11,195 bases of DNA from Chloroflexota bacterium (GCA_027623675.1 JAQBVF010000043.1:1-11195); one strand, 5' to 3'. Counted from the stretch's first letter, positions 1 through 8,933 are shown. The notes: generated from the letters alone by a model not told the origin. Program-made: numbers and translations.

Positions 1-60
1 TGAAACACGGCCGAGATTGGCAGCCAAGCCTTCAAACGCCTTGACATCCAAGACAGTTGC

Positions 61-153
61 TGAGCCCGTCGAAGGACCGGCACCAGTCAGGCTGCTGCCC
101 GCAGAACCATGGCTCAGGCCAAGCGGATGGTTCGACGGGCTGACCGTGAGCGG
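61..153. repeat. REP-like/MITE-like inverted repeat element
   Basis: Perfect 11-bp inverted repeat AGCCCGTCGAA (63-73) / TTCGACGGGCT (131-141). The arms TGAGCCCGTCGAAG and GGTTCGACGGGCTGACCGTGAGCGG resemble the 'CTGAGCnnGTCGAAG ... TTCGACnnGCTCA' intergenic repeat family (recognised from memory). Confidence 0.55.
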
Positions 154-415
154 TGGAGCCCAAGGGAGGTCAAAAAGTTGAACGGAGGGCCAAGACGCCA
201 GGCCAGCCTCCAGACCGTAGGTACGAAACTCTACCGGTGGCCAATACGGGTCGGTGTCGACCATCGCTTTCCAGGAGGGGCCAGATGACCTCGCCCGCCG
301 CCAAGTGGCCACTCAAAGGCGGCCAGGTCCTTAGTTGGGAAGTGAGCCCGGTGTACAAAGGCACTCTTAGTAAAAGTGTATTTAAGGCATAAAGGTAACA
401 TGCAGGGAGCCAGTC

Positions 416-1966
416 TTGTCCAACGGCGATAGTCAGGCAGCGCGCGCCTTCCATGACTCCACTAAGTTGAGTTACATCAACCTGCTGACCAAGCCGCCTT
501 TGTACAAGGCATACCGCGGTCTGCCCCAGGTTTCACTGCCCCAGACGCTGCCGCCTGCGATGCCTGCTTTGGAAGCGGTCTCAGGCTCCGCCATCGCCGG
601 TCCCAGCCCCATCGACCTGCCGGCCCTCGCCCAATTGCTGCACTACTCGGCTGGTCTGATCCGGAAGCGGGTCTTGGCGGCCGCGGGAGAGGTCCACTAC
701 CGGGCCGCGGCCTCCGCCGGCGCCCTCTATCCCGTGGAGTTGTACCTGGTCTGCGGCGACCTGCCGGGGCTAGGAGCCGGGGTGTACCACTACGCTCCCG
801 AGGGCAATGCACTCACGCGATTAAGAGCGGGAGACTTCCGCGATAACCTGGCTGCCGCCGCCGCCGACGACTCACTTGCGTCAACGCCCGCGGTCCTGGT
901 GAGCACGGCGGTCTTCTGGCGCAGCGCCTGGAAATACCGCGCTAGAGGCTACCGCTACTGCTTCTGGGACAACGGCACCGTTTTGGCCAACCTCCTAGCC
1001 GTGGCTGAATCTTTGGGCCAGCCGGCCCGGATGTTGGGGGGGTTCGTCGACCGGGAAGTGGACCTGATCTTGGGCGTGGACTCGGAGCAAGAGGCAAGCA
1101 CCTGCCTGGTGGCGCTGGGCGGGAGCGGAGTCCCGGCCGCTGGTTCTTCCAGCGGCCTGTCTTCCATCGAGCCTGGCGACCTGGGGTTCAGCGAACCGAT
1201 ATCCTACCCGGAGTCAACGCTGCTCCACCAAGAGTCCCGCTTGGTCTCGGCGCAAGAGGTGTCGGAATGGCGCGGTCAGCCTTCCGGTGAAGCCGCCCGC
1301 GGTGCGCCGAACATCGCATCCGCGCCGTTGGGCGAGGTTATCGAGCAGCGCGGCTCCACCCGCCGGTTCGCCCATGAGGGAATTCCTTTGGAGCAACTCT
1401 CGACGCTGCTGGCGGCGTCGTGTTCGGGGCTGCCAGCCGACTACGGCGGCGGTCTGGTCGAGCCCTACCTGATCGTGAACGCGGTCGACGGTTTGGCTCC
1501 GGGCGCGTACCACTACGCAAGGGGATCAGGCGAGTTGGAGATCTTGAAAGCCGGGGAGTTCCGGCAGGAGGCCGGCCACCTGTGTTTCGAGCAAGCATTG
1601 GCCGCCGACGCCAGCGCGGTGGTCTTCTTAATGTCTGACCTGGAAGCAGCGCTGGGCCGGTTGGGCAACCGGGGCTACCGCATGGCCCAGTTGGAGGCGG
1701 GAGTGATGGGCGGGAACGTGTATCTCTCGGCCCATTCGTTGGGGTTGGGCGCAACCGGAATGACCTTTTTCGATGACGCCGTGACCGCTTTCTTCTCGCC
1801 CCACGCCGCCGGGAAGAGTCTGATGTTCCTGGTGGCCCTGGGCCGCACCGCAACCCCCAACCGGGTGAGACCCTTCCGTTCCAAGTACGGCGTGCTCAAA
1901 GATTCGCTTGCCAGAGGCGCCGGGGGCAGCAGGCGGCCAGTGCCAGACTGGCTCTATAGCAACTAG
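416..1966 (+). CDS. SagB/ThcOx-family FMN-dependent dehydrogenase with two tandem nitroreductase domains
   Basis: 516-aa ORF with TTG start and GGGAG RBS upstream. Motifs: RAAASAGALYPVELY, GVYHYAP, RSAWKYRARGYRY, second-domain RGSTRRF, GAYHY, RGYRMAQLEAG, GATGMTFFDD. Confidence 0.9.
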   Translation: MSNGDSQAARAFHDSTKLSYINLLTKPPLYKAYRGLPQVSLPQTLPPAMPALEAVSGSAIAGPSPIDLPALAQLLHYSAGLIRKRVLAAAGEVHYRAAASAGALYPVELYLVCGDLPGLGAGVYHYAPEGNALTRLRAGDFRDNLAAAAADDSLASTPAVLVSTAVFWRSAWKYRARGYRYCFWDNGTVLANLLAVAESLGQPARMLGGFVDREVDLILGVDSEQEASTCLVALGGSGVPAAGSSSGLSSIEPGDLGFSEPISYPESTLLHQESRLVSAQEVSEWRGQPSGEAARGAPNIASAPLGEVIEQRGSTRRFAHEGIPLEQLSTLLAASCSGLPADYGGGLVEPYLIVNAVDGLAPGAYHYARGSGELEILKAGEFRQEAGHLCFEQALAADASAVVFLMSDLEAALGRLGNRGYRMAQLEAGVMGGNVYLSAHSLGLGATGMTFFDDAVTAFFSPHAAGKSLMFLVALGRTATPNRVRPFRSKYGVLKDSLARGAGGSRRPVPDWLYSN

Positions 1967-2002
1967 AAGCCTGGCGCTATCCGCCGCCGTTCTCCAATGG
2001 CG

Positions 2003-2809
2003 TTATCCGATGGAATTCTTGCGGATGTGCTCCAGGGCCATCTGCATATGCCACTCCATCGCGCCCAGGCCCACCACTCGCACGCCCATGTCGAACAGGC
2101 GCTTGGCGGCGGCGGCCATCGAGTCGAAGTCGGGCGAGTCCAGGCCCATGTTGTACATGATGGCCGCACCGTTCTTCTCGGCGGTCTTCACGGCATTCTC
2201 CACGAGGCGCATCACCTTGGGGTCTTCGTACTTGAAGGGCACGCCCAAAATCTTGGTCACGTCTCCCGCGGCCAGCCAGACCAGTTCGATGCCGTCGATG
2301 GCCAGTATCTCATCCAGGTCGTTCAGTGCGCCTTCGCTCTCCACGGTTGGCACGATCAGGGTGCCGGCGCGGGTCTTTTCGGCGTATGCGGGGAATTCCT
2401 CGGCCGTCCAGAACCGGCGCAGGTGTATCTGCCGGTGCCAGTCATCCTTGAGCTTCACCAGGTCTCGCACTTCCTCTTTGGAGCCCACCGAGATCGTTAC
2501 CGCCGTTGCGCCCAAAGCCAGCGCCCGGGCCGCGTCGGAGACGGTCCTCCGGTCAGTGCCCTCCGCCCAGGGGAATGATTGCACCCGGATCATGGGCGAG
2601 ATGCCGGTGCCCCTGGCGGCCCGGACCAGGTGGGCGATGTTATCCCAGTCGTGGGCGGTGAACATCATGTCGGCCATGAAACAGTCGATCCCGGCTATGC
2701 CGGCCACCTCCACCATGTTGGGGTGACTGAAAACGTAGGCGCACAGGGACGGTTTGCCGCTCTTTAGGTTGGCCAGCAGCCGGTCGGTCTCCTCTGTGGG
2801 GAAAAGCAA
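2003..2809 (-). CDS. HpcH/HpaI aldolase/citrate lyase family protein (divergent)
   Basis: Aligns by eye to HpaI/GarL: LKSGKP, AGIDCFMAD, PMIRV, VESEGALNDLDEILAIDGIELVWLAAGDV, EDPKV. Start moved from 2872 to TTG at 2809, which follows a GAGGTG RBS on the minus strand. Confidence 0.82.
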   Translation of the reverse strand: MLFPTEETDRLLANLKSGKPSLCAYVFSHPNMVEVAGIAGIDCFMADMMFTAHDWDNIAHLVRAARGTGISPMIRVQSFPWAEGTDRRTVSDAARALALGATAVTISVGSKEEVRDLVKLKDDWHRQIHLRRFWTAEEFPAYAEKTRAGTLIVPTVESEGALNDLDEILAIDGIELVWLAAGDVTKILGVPFKYEDPKVMRLVENAVKTAEKNGAAIMYNMGLDSPDFDSMAAAAKRLFDMGVRVVGLGAMEWHMQMALEHIRKNSIG

Positions 2810-3039
2810 AGCACACCTCGAAACCGAATTTGGGAATTTGGGGAGAGTGTAGCCCAAATGGCCGCGCTGCACAAAGGAATGGGCATCCCGTTGGTTTGGG
2901 TATGCTCAAGTGCCGATAGATGCCCGTGGGAGCGGTGAATTTTCCATTGCTAAAATCCTGACGTGCTCTCGGCTGGGAAATGTGCATAATGTCGTTGGGC
3001 AATCGTAAAACTTGCAGATGAAGAACAGAGGAGACAGAC

Positions 3040-3987
3040 ATGGAAACCGTAGGATTCATCGGACTGGGCAACATGGGTGGAGGCATGGCTGGAAATATCC
3101 AGAAAGCCGGATTCCCCATGGTTGTTCACGACATCAATGAAGGCGCCACCAGGCCGTTCCTGGAGGCCGGGGCGCATCTGGCAAGTTCGCCGGCCGACGT
3201 GGCCAGGCAGTGCGATGTCACTTTCACGTCGCTTCCGGGACCCAGGGAGGTCGAGGCGGTGGCCGTTGGTCTGGAGGGAGTTTTGCAGGGCGCCAAGCCC
3301 GGCTCGGTGTACATCGACCTCTCGACCAGCCGGCCGACCCTGATTCGGGAGCTTGAACCCAAGTTCCGCGAGAAGGGTATCTTCGTTCTGGACGCTCCGG
3401 TCAGCGGAGGCAAATCCGGCGCAAAGAGCCGGAACCTGGCCGTAATGGTCGGCGGCGACAGGGAGGTGTTCGACCGGGTCAAGCCCATCCTGGACGCCTT
3501 TGGCGACAAGGTCTTCTATGCCGGAGAGATCGGCGCCGGGTCGGTGGCCAAATTGGTCCACAACATGATCGGCCACAGTGTGCGCCAGGCGATCGCCGAA
3601 GGCATGACCCTTGGCGTGAAGGCCGGCGTGGACACCGAGGCGCTGTGGCAGTGCATCCGCCGCGGCTCTCTGGGCCGGATGAATGTCCTGCACGAGGGAT
3701 TCGTCAGGACCGTGTTCAAAGGCGAGTACGAGCCGGCGGGTTTCGCCCTAAATCTGGCGCGGAAGGACATTGGCCTGGCCACGGAATTGGCGAAAGAGTT
3801 CGACGTGCCCATGCCGTTGGCCAACATCTCGGAGCAGTTGGCGATCCAGGCCATGAACCGTGGCTGGGGCAACCACGACAGCACGGTGATCGTGCGCCTG
3901 CAAGAAGAGATGGCGAACGTAGAACTCAGGGCGGACATCGATGTCACCAAGTCGGCCAGGTTCATCACCACCCACCCCGACGAGTAA
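3040..3987 (+). CDS. NAD(P)-dependent beta-hydroxyacid dehydrogenase (3-hydroxyisobutyrate dehydrogenase / tartronate semialdehyde reductase, MmsB/GarR family)
   Basis: Rossmann motif GFIGLGNMG, DAPVSGG, catalytic Lys in GSVAKLVHN, FALNLARKD. RBS GAGGAG lies upstream of the ATG. Confidence 0.93.
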   Translation: METVGFIGLGNMGGGMAGNIQKAGFPMVVHDINEGATRPFLEAGAHLASSPADVARQCDVTFTSLPGPREVEAVAVGLEGVLQGAKPGSVYIDLSTSRPTLIRELEPKFREKGIFVLDAPVSGGKSGAKSRNLAVMVGGDREVFDRVKPILDAFGDKVFYAGEIGAGSVAKLVHNMIGHSVRQAIAEGMTLGVKAGVDTEALWQCIRRGSLGRMNVLHEGFVRTVFKGEYEPAGFALNLARKDIGLATELAKEFDVPMPLANISEQLAIQAMNRGWGNHDSTVIVRLQEEMANVELRADIDVTKSARFITTHPDE

Positions 3988-4465
3988 CCCAAACTTTTTC
4001 GGGCAGCTACCTGCCTGATACGGGAGGGTGAATAGGCTTGTAGAGTCATCGTTGGCTCATTTTCACACGTGGCACCACCCCAAAGCGGTTGTTTAATTCG
4101 CAACGATACGGAGATAATGTTGCCAACCGGCCAATGATTGCGATTCCTTGGACTCGTTCCGGGAGTGCCGGGAGTGCTGGGAAGTAGGCCGGGCGCCTGA
4201 TCCCTATTCGGAACGGGTTCGCCGCTGGACCCGCGATGGAAAGCGGGTTTGGTAAATCGGTTATCTAACAAACGTTGCAGTTCGGTATAGAGCGCCGATA
4301 CGGGGTGGCATTCGGCTGAAGACGGACTAGGCGAATGGCTTGGGGCAGGGTTGAACGGGCTTTGGCCCAGGTTTTAACCCTTCCCCGGGTTCGTCTGCTA
4401 CATATAGATCGTCGCGGACCTCCCCGATCGGCCCATTACCTCTCTGGACCAGGAGAGCGCGATCA

Positions 4466-6544
4466 ATGAATCGGTCGGTTAACAATCTCATCGCCGGCTG
4501 GCTTAGGCGAAAGGCCAATAGGGCAGACAAAGGATTGTCTCGTCTCAACGCCATGATTAGGGACTACGCCGACGGTGTTGTTGTCATCGACGCCGAACGC
4601 ATCGTCAGATTCGTTAATCCTGCTGCCGAAGCCATGCTGGGCCAGAGCTTCGATGACTTGGTCGGCCAGCCCTTCAGTTATCCCCTGGAGATCGGTGTTG
4701 CCATCCGGCTAAACATAGTCCGTTCCGGACAACCAAGAATCGTCTCCGACTTACGCGTTGTCGAGACGGACATCGACGGTGAGCGGGGCTATCTAGCGTC
4801 TATCCGCGACGTTTCCGCCCAGGTCAAGGCCGAAGAGGGTGAGCGCCTGAGAGGCAAGGAATTGGACGCAGTGGGCCGGATAGCGGCCATCTTGGTCCTT
4901 AACCGCGATCTGAAGCTCAAATGCACGGAAGTTCTCGAAGTTTTGACCGACACCGTGCAAGCGGATTTCGCAACCATTCGAGTCCGGGATGACGCTGGCA
5001 CCGGCTTGAGATTGGTGGCCCAGGGCGGCCTATCCAGCGTCCGCCGCCAGTCGGTCCTTTCAACGCAGCATTCGGTCTCGGCCGAAGCCCTCCGTCTGGA
5101 ACAACCCGTGGTGGCCAACGACTACCCAGCCCATCCCCTCTCCGACCCCCGAGAGATAGACCTGGGTATCAAATCGATCGTGGTGCTCCCGATAAGATTT
5201 CAGAGCAAGGTGATGGGCGTGGTGAACGTGGTCTCCCAACGGAGCGGTCACTTCACTCCGGAGAGAGTTGACGTCCTGACGGCCGTGGTTGACGTTGTCG
5301 GCGCTTCATTGGAAAACTCGAATCTCTACCAACAGGTCAACGAGGAACTGGTACAACGCATCAAAGCGGAGGAGGCGCTTAAGGAAACCGAGACCCGATT
5401 CCGTGACCTGGTGGAAGGTTCCTCCGATATCCTATGGGAGACCGACCAGGCCGGCGTCTACACCTATTGCAGTTCCAACGTTGAGAATATCTTGGGTTAC
5501 GCTCCGTCAGACATGGTGGGGCGGACCGTGTTTTCCTTCATGCCGCCTGACGAAGGGACCCGCATGAAGGAATTGGTGGACGCCAAGGCCGCGGCCGGAG
5601 AGCCGTTCGCCTTGGTCGAGCACCAAGTGGTCAACAAAGACTGGAGCATCGGCTGGATGGAATGCAGTGGGAAGCCCATGTTCGACGACGCCGGATCGGT
5701 TATCGGTTACCGGGGCGTTGACCGGGATATATCCGCCCGTAAGACCGAAGAAGAGGAAAGGCGCGCCCTGGAGATCCGCGCATTGGCCCAATCTAGGCTG
5801 GCAACGCTGGGAGAAGTCGCCACTGGAGTCGCCCACGAGATCAACCAGCCGCTAACCTATATCAGCATCATGGTCCAGTCTTTCCAGGAGGACCTGCAGC
5901 TGGGTGACCTGGACACGGAGTCGGCCCTCCTGCGCTTGAATGAGTCGATCCGCCAAGTGGACCGGATCACGGAGATTGTGACCCACCTGAGGACCTTTGG
6001 CCGGCAGGATGAAACCACCTCCATGCCCGTGGACCTTCGGCAGGTGCTGGATAACACCTTGCTGCTCATCGGCGACCGTACCCGCAATATGAACATTGCC
6101 GTTGTTCAGGTGCATGAAGAAGGCGTGCCGATAATTATGGGCAACCCCAGCCAATTGGAGCAGGTCTTCACCAATCTTTTCCAGAACTCGATCCATGCCC
6201 TGAACCAGAAGAAAAATGAAGTCGGCGCCGAGATTAAGATAAGTGTGGCGTTGGCTGAGGACGGACGGTCGGTGCGTATCGACTTCACCGATAACGGTAG
6301 CGGTATCCCGCCGGACAACCGGGAAAAGATATTTGATCCGTTCTTCTCGACCAAAGAAGTTGGCAGCGGCACCGGTCTGGGACTCTCCATCGTCTACGGG
6401 ATAATCCAAGATCATAACGGGTCTATCACCTGTGAGTCGGAGTTGAATGAAGGCACGACAATCACGATCCTATTACCCGTTGGTTCAGATATTGGTTCAG
6501 GCAGCGCCTCGGGCTCAACCGGCAGCGAGATAGATACGCCATGA
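4466..6544 (+). CDS. PAS-GAF-PAS/PAC sensor histidine kinase (NtrB-like HisKA/HATPase), probably cytoplasmic
   Basis: PAS (DGVVVID..FVNPAAE), GAF (PVVANDY..SIVVLPI..GVVNV), PAS/PAC ([16 protein letters not shown]), H-box AHEINQPL, N-box [30 protein letters not shown]. No obvious TM helix. AGGAG RBS at 4451-4455. Confidence 0.95.
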   Translation: MNRSVNNLIAGWLRRKANRADKGLSRLNAMIRDYADGVVVIDAERIVRFVNPAAEAMLGQSFDDLVGQPFSYPLEIGVAIRLNIVRSGQPRIVSDLRVVETDIDGERGYLASIRDVSAQVKAEEGERLRGKELDAVGRIAAILVLNRDLKLKCTEVLEVLTDTVQADFATIRVRDDAGTGLRLVAQGGLSSVRRQSVLSTQHSVSAEALRLEQPVVANDYPAHPLSDPREIDLGIKSIVVLPIRFQSKVMGVVNVVSQRSGHFTPERVDVLTAVVDVVGASLENSNLYQQVNEELVQRIKAEEALKETETRFRDLVEGSSDILWETDQAGVYTYCSSNVENILGYAPSDMVGRTVFSFMPPDEGTRMKELVDAKAAAGEPFALVEHQVVNKDWSIGWMECSGKPMFDDAGSVIGYRGVDRDISARKTEEEERRALEIRALAQSRLATLGEVATGVAHEINQPLTYISIMVQSFQEDLQLGDLDTESALLRLNESIRQVDRITEIVTHLRTFGRQDETTSMPVDLRQVLDNTLLLIGDRTRNMNIAVVQVHEEGVPIIMGNPSQLEQVFTNLFQNSIHALNQKKNEVGAEIKISVALAEDGRSVRIDFTDNGSGIPPDNREKIFDPFFSTKEVGSGTGLGLSIVYGIIQDHNGSITCESELNEGTTITILLPVGSDIGSGSASGSTGSEIDTP

Positions 6545-7233
6545 CCGCGGCCAATGTCTTGATCATTGATGACAACGCAGCGGTGCGGCAAGCAGTGGCG
6601 GAAAACCTGAAGAGAGAAGGCTACAACCTTTATTTCGCTGAGAATGGGGTTGAAGGCATCCAGCGGCTGCGCGAGGAATCGCCGACCGTGGTCCTGCTGG
6701 ACCTGAGGATGCCGGTGATGGACGGCTTCGAATTCTTAGAGGCCATTCAACTGCGGCCTCAGACTTCATTCTCCGTGATTGTGCTGACCGGGCACGGCGA
6801 TGCCGAGGCCATCAAGGTCTGCTACGAAAGCTGTGTAACCACCTTCATAAAAAAGCCGTTCAACCTATTTGAGATCCGGGGAGTGGTCAAGAATGCCATT
6901 GCCGTGAAGCAATTGACCAACCACCTGGATGAGTTGGTCAAGAGCCGGACCGAAGAACTGGAGCAGCGTGTGCGAGAGGTTACGGCCCTTAACCAGTTGT
7001 TCCAGGAGCAACTGACCGGGAAGACGATGGCCGAGCTCGAGCGGCAGGCCTTGGTCGACGGCTTGGAGCGTTTGATGAACGAGACCGCGGAGCTGCTCCG
7101 GCTGGCCCAGAACGATCAACTGGCCCAGAATGACCCGCCACGGGACGCCCAACCCGAGCCCCTAGACGAAGGGTTGCCGGGAAGGTCAGGTGTTGGCCAG
7201 CAGAATCCGGGTGACGGGCCCCCGCCCAACTAG
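6541..7233 (+). CDS. Response regulator: receiver domain plus coiled-coil tail, no recognisable DNA-binding domain
   Basis: VLIIDD, phosphoacceptor LLDLRMPVMDG, VIVLTG, KKPF. ATGA overlap with the kinase stop suggests translational coupling. Confidence 0.92.
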   Translation: MTAANVLIIDDNAAVRQAVAENLKREGYNLYFAENGVEGIQRLREESPTVVLLDLRMPVMDGFEFLEAIQLRPQTSFSVIVLTGHGDAEAIKVCYESCVTTFIKKPFNLFEIRGVVKNAIAVKQLTNHLDELVKSRTEELEQRVREVTALNQLFQEQLTGKTMAELERQALVDGLERLMNETAELLRLAQNDQLAQNDPPRDAQPEPLDEGLPGRSGVGQQNPGDGPPPN

Positions 7234-7293
7234 CCCGCCGGTTCGGATCGCACGCCCCGGCTGCCGTTTCCGGAAGACCTGGCTGAAGATATG

Positions 7294-7333
7294 AAAAGAC
7301 CGGCGCTCTCTGATTGGAGCGCCGGTCTCTTTT
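7294..7333. terminator. Intrinsic terminator between convergent operons, probably bidirectional
   Basis: Perfect 12-bp stem AGACCGGCGCTC (7297-7308) / GAGCGCCGGTCT (7317-7328), with an A-run on the left and CTTTT on the right. Confidence 0.85.
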
Positions 7334-7359
7334 ATCGCCCGTTTAGGCTTCGCGGTGGA

Positions 7360-8922
7360 CTAGGAGTCCGAATCCGCCGTGAAGAGTACCTTGTCTTGAG
7401 GTTTAACCACGCCGTTCATGGTATCTACGGCGTCAAACTGGCCGGCGGTCAACCGTGTTGCAATGTCCCCACGGCCGTCCCAGAGCTTCTTGAGATCGTC
7501 ATCGATTAGCTCAATGATGGCCCGCCGAACTCCCGTCTCCTCTCCGATGTCCGGGTAGAGCTTCCAAGATTCCTTGTTGACCGCGGTCAGCCAACTAGAG
7601 GCGTCACCATTGCCGTTGACGTTGCTGCGGACATCCTCGAAGTGCCAGGAGTACCAGGCGTTGACCATGTCGCGGTAGATGCCCAGGTCGGAGATCGGGG
7701 CTCCCACGGTCGACATCTGGACCTCGAACCGGTGGTTGTCGCCCGGATGACCTTCCACTGCGGCGAATTTCCGCCCACCTCCCAGTCCCCGGAGTACCGA
7801 GTCGTGGAGGTTGGAGGCCGTGATGCCGACGCCTGAGGCTGAATCGACATGGCCCACGCGGACCTCGCCCACGCGCCACATCTTCTCTTCCATGGCGGCG
7901 GCGCCCATGTGCATGTCCACCAGAAGCTCGCTCAGCTCCTCGCCGAAACGCGCTCCGTTGGAGATAAGGGACAGGAACCCGGTGTCGATGGATACGGTGG
8001 TCCTGATCTTATCGGCAGTCGCCATCGCCAGCAGGTCTTCCAGTTCTAAGGTCTCCACCCGGTTGGTGCCGTAGACGGGCCTGCCGGCCAGGGAGTCGTA
8101 GACCGTCGACGCGATATCGGTCAGGTCTTGGTTGCTAAGCTGGAACCGGTTCAGGATGCGCTGGGAAATCTCTTGGGCCTGTTCACCGGTAAGCAGGTTC
8201 TTCACCGTGGGGTCGTCGCTGTCGAAGGACCAGAACTCGGAATCGCTCACTTCCTGGAAGAGACGGCCACCGGGGTTGGAATGCCGTTTCAGTTCGACGA
8301 TCAACTCCATCCAACTCATGGAGTACTCGTTAAGCTCCTCCAACAGGCCTTTGATGACCTCGCCCACGTGGTTGAGGCATACCGTTTCCAGGTACTCATC
8401 GGTCTCGGCCTGCCATTTGGTCAAGCGCTTCTTGCGCTCGTTGGGTGAAACGTCCAGGCTGTCGTGGTTAGGCTCTGAAACGTTGGTCAGGTCTCGGCGT
8501 ATGGCCCGGTCGGCCAGGGCGGACCACCGGCGTGTCGGCGGTTCCTGGTCCGGGGCGACGATCAGACGCTGTATGAACAAACGCTCCAGCCGGCCAACAG
8601 TGTTGCGTACCATCTCGTCGCGCTTCACGTCGGCTATCGTGTTGGCCCGGGCCAATTCCGTGCGGAGGTCGGCGTTGGCTTCCAGAACCATGCGGTCGCT
8701 GATGTTGCCGTCGGGCCGCAAGCGTTCGAACAATGAATTGATGGACCGCTCGACCTCGCCCAGGGCGCCGTGGATGGCGCCGTGGATCTGCTGGTACGCG
8801 TCCCTCGACGCTGAACCGGTCCGACCAGTATTCAGAAAGTCCAGGGGGTCCAGGACCACTGGGACCCGATTGGTCATCTCGTTGAACGAGAGACGCCTTC
8901 TTTTAAAACTAAACTTGGCCAT
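7360..8922 (-). CDS. Hypothetical 520-aa largely helical protein; resembles the C-terminal region of Tubulin_2/FtsZl1-type proteins
   Basis: Long ORF. Preferred start is ATG 8922 (MAKFSFKRRR), behind GGGAGGATAGGA immediately after the upstream stop at 8934; the ORF-track start at 8952 is less likely. Contains GDNHRFEVQMSTVGAPISDLGIYRDMVNAW. The ORF is well supported, the family resemblance is tentative. Confidence 0.75.
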   Translation of the reverse strand: MAKFSFKRRRLSFNEMTNRVPVVLDPLDFLNTGRTGSASRDAYQQIHGAIHGALGEVERSINSLFERLRPDGNISDRMVLEANADLRTELARANTIADVKRDEMVRNTVGRLERLFIQRLIVAPDQEPPTRRWSALADRAIRRDLTNVSEPNHDSLDVSPNERKKRLTKWQAETDEYLETVCLNHVGEVIKGLLEELNEYSMSWMELIVELKRHSNPGGRLFQEVSDSEFWSFDSDDPTVKNLLTGEQAQEISQRILNRFQLSNQDLTDIASTVYDSLAGRPVYGTNRVETLELEDLLAMATADKIRTTVSIDTGFLSLISNGARFGEELSELLVDMHMGAAAMEEKMWRVGEVRVGHVDSASGVGITASNLHDSVLRGLGGGRKFAAVEGHPGDNHRFEVQMSTVGAPISDLGIYRDMVNAWYSWHFEDVRSNVNGNGDASSWLTAVNKESWKLYPDIGEETGVRRAIIELIDDDLKKLWDGRGDIATRLTAGQFDAVDTMNGVVKPQDKVLFTADSDS

Positions 8923-8933
8923 TCCTATCCTCC

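Noticed and set aside
123..145. tmRNA-like 5' motif GGTTCGACGGG
   Set aside because: No GGGG 5' acceptor strand and no T-arm/CCA end downstream. Better explained as a repeat arm.
300..415. Cobalamin riboswitch-like fragments (GCCACT...TGGGAAG, GAGCCAG)
   Set aside because: The 5' core (GGGAA..GGTG.AA.TCC) and a proper B12 box are missing.
153..454. 79-aa (+) and 94-aa (-) short ORFs
   Set aside because: No motifs or convincing RBS, and they overlap each other. The minus ORF also overlaps the SagB-like gene start.
1908..2726. 272-aa and 193-aa + strand ORFs
   Set aside because: Antisense shadows of the aldolase gene in GC-rich DNA, with no recognisable motifs.
3999..4018. Hairpin TCGGGCAG-CTAC-CTGCCTGA after the dehydrogenase as an intrinsic terminator
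   Set aside because: No U-tract follows on either strand; at most a stabilising or pause hairpin.
2950..4271. 247-aa and 251-aa minus-strand ORFs
   Set aside because: They overlap the well-supported dehydrogenase on the opposite strand and have no family motifs.
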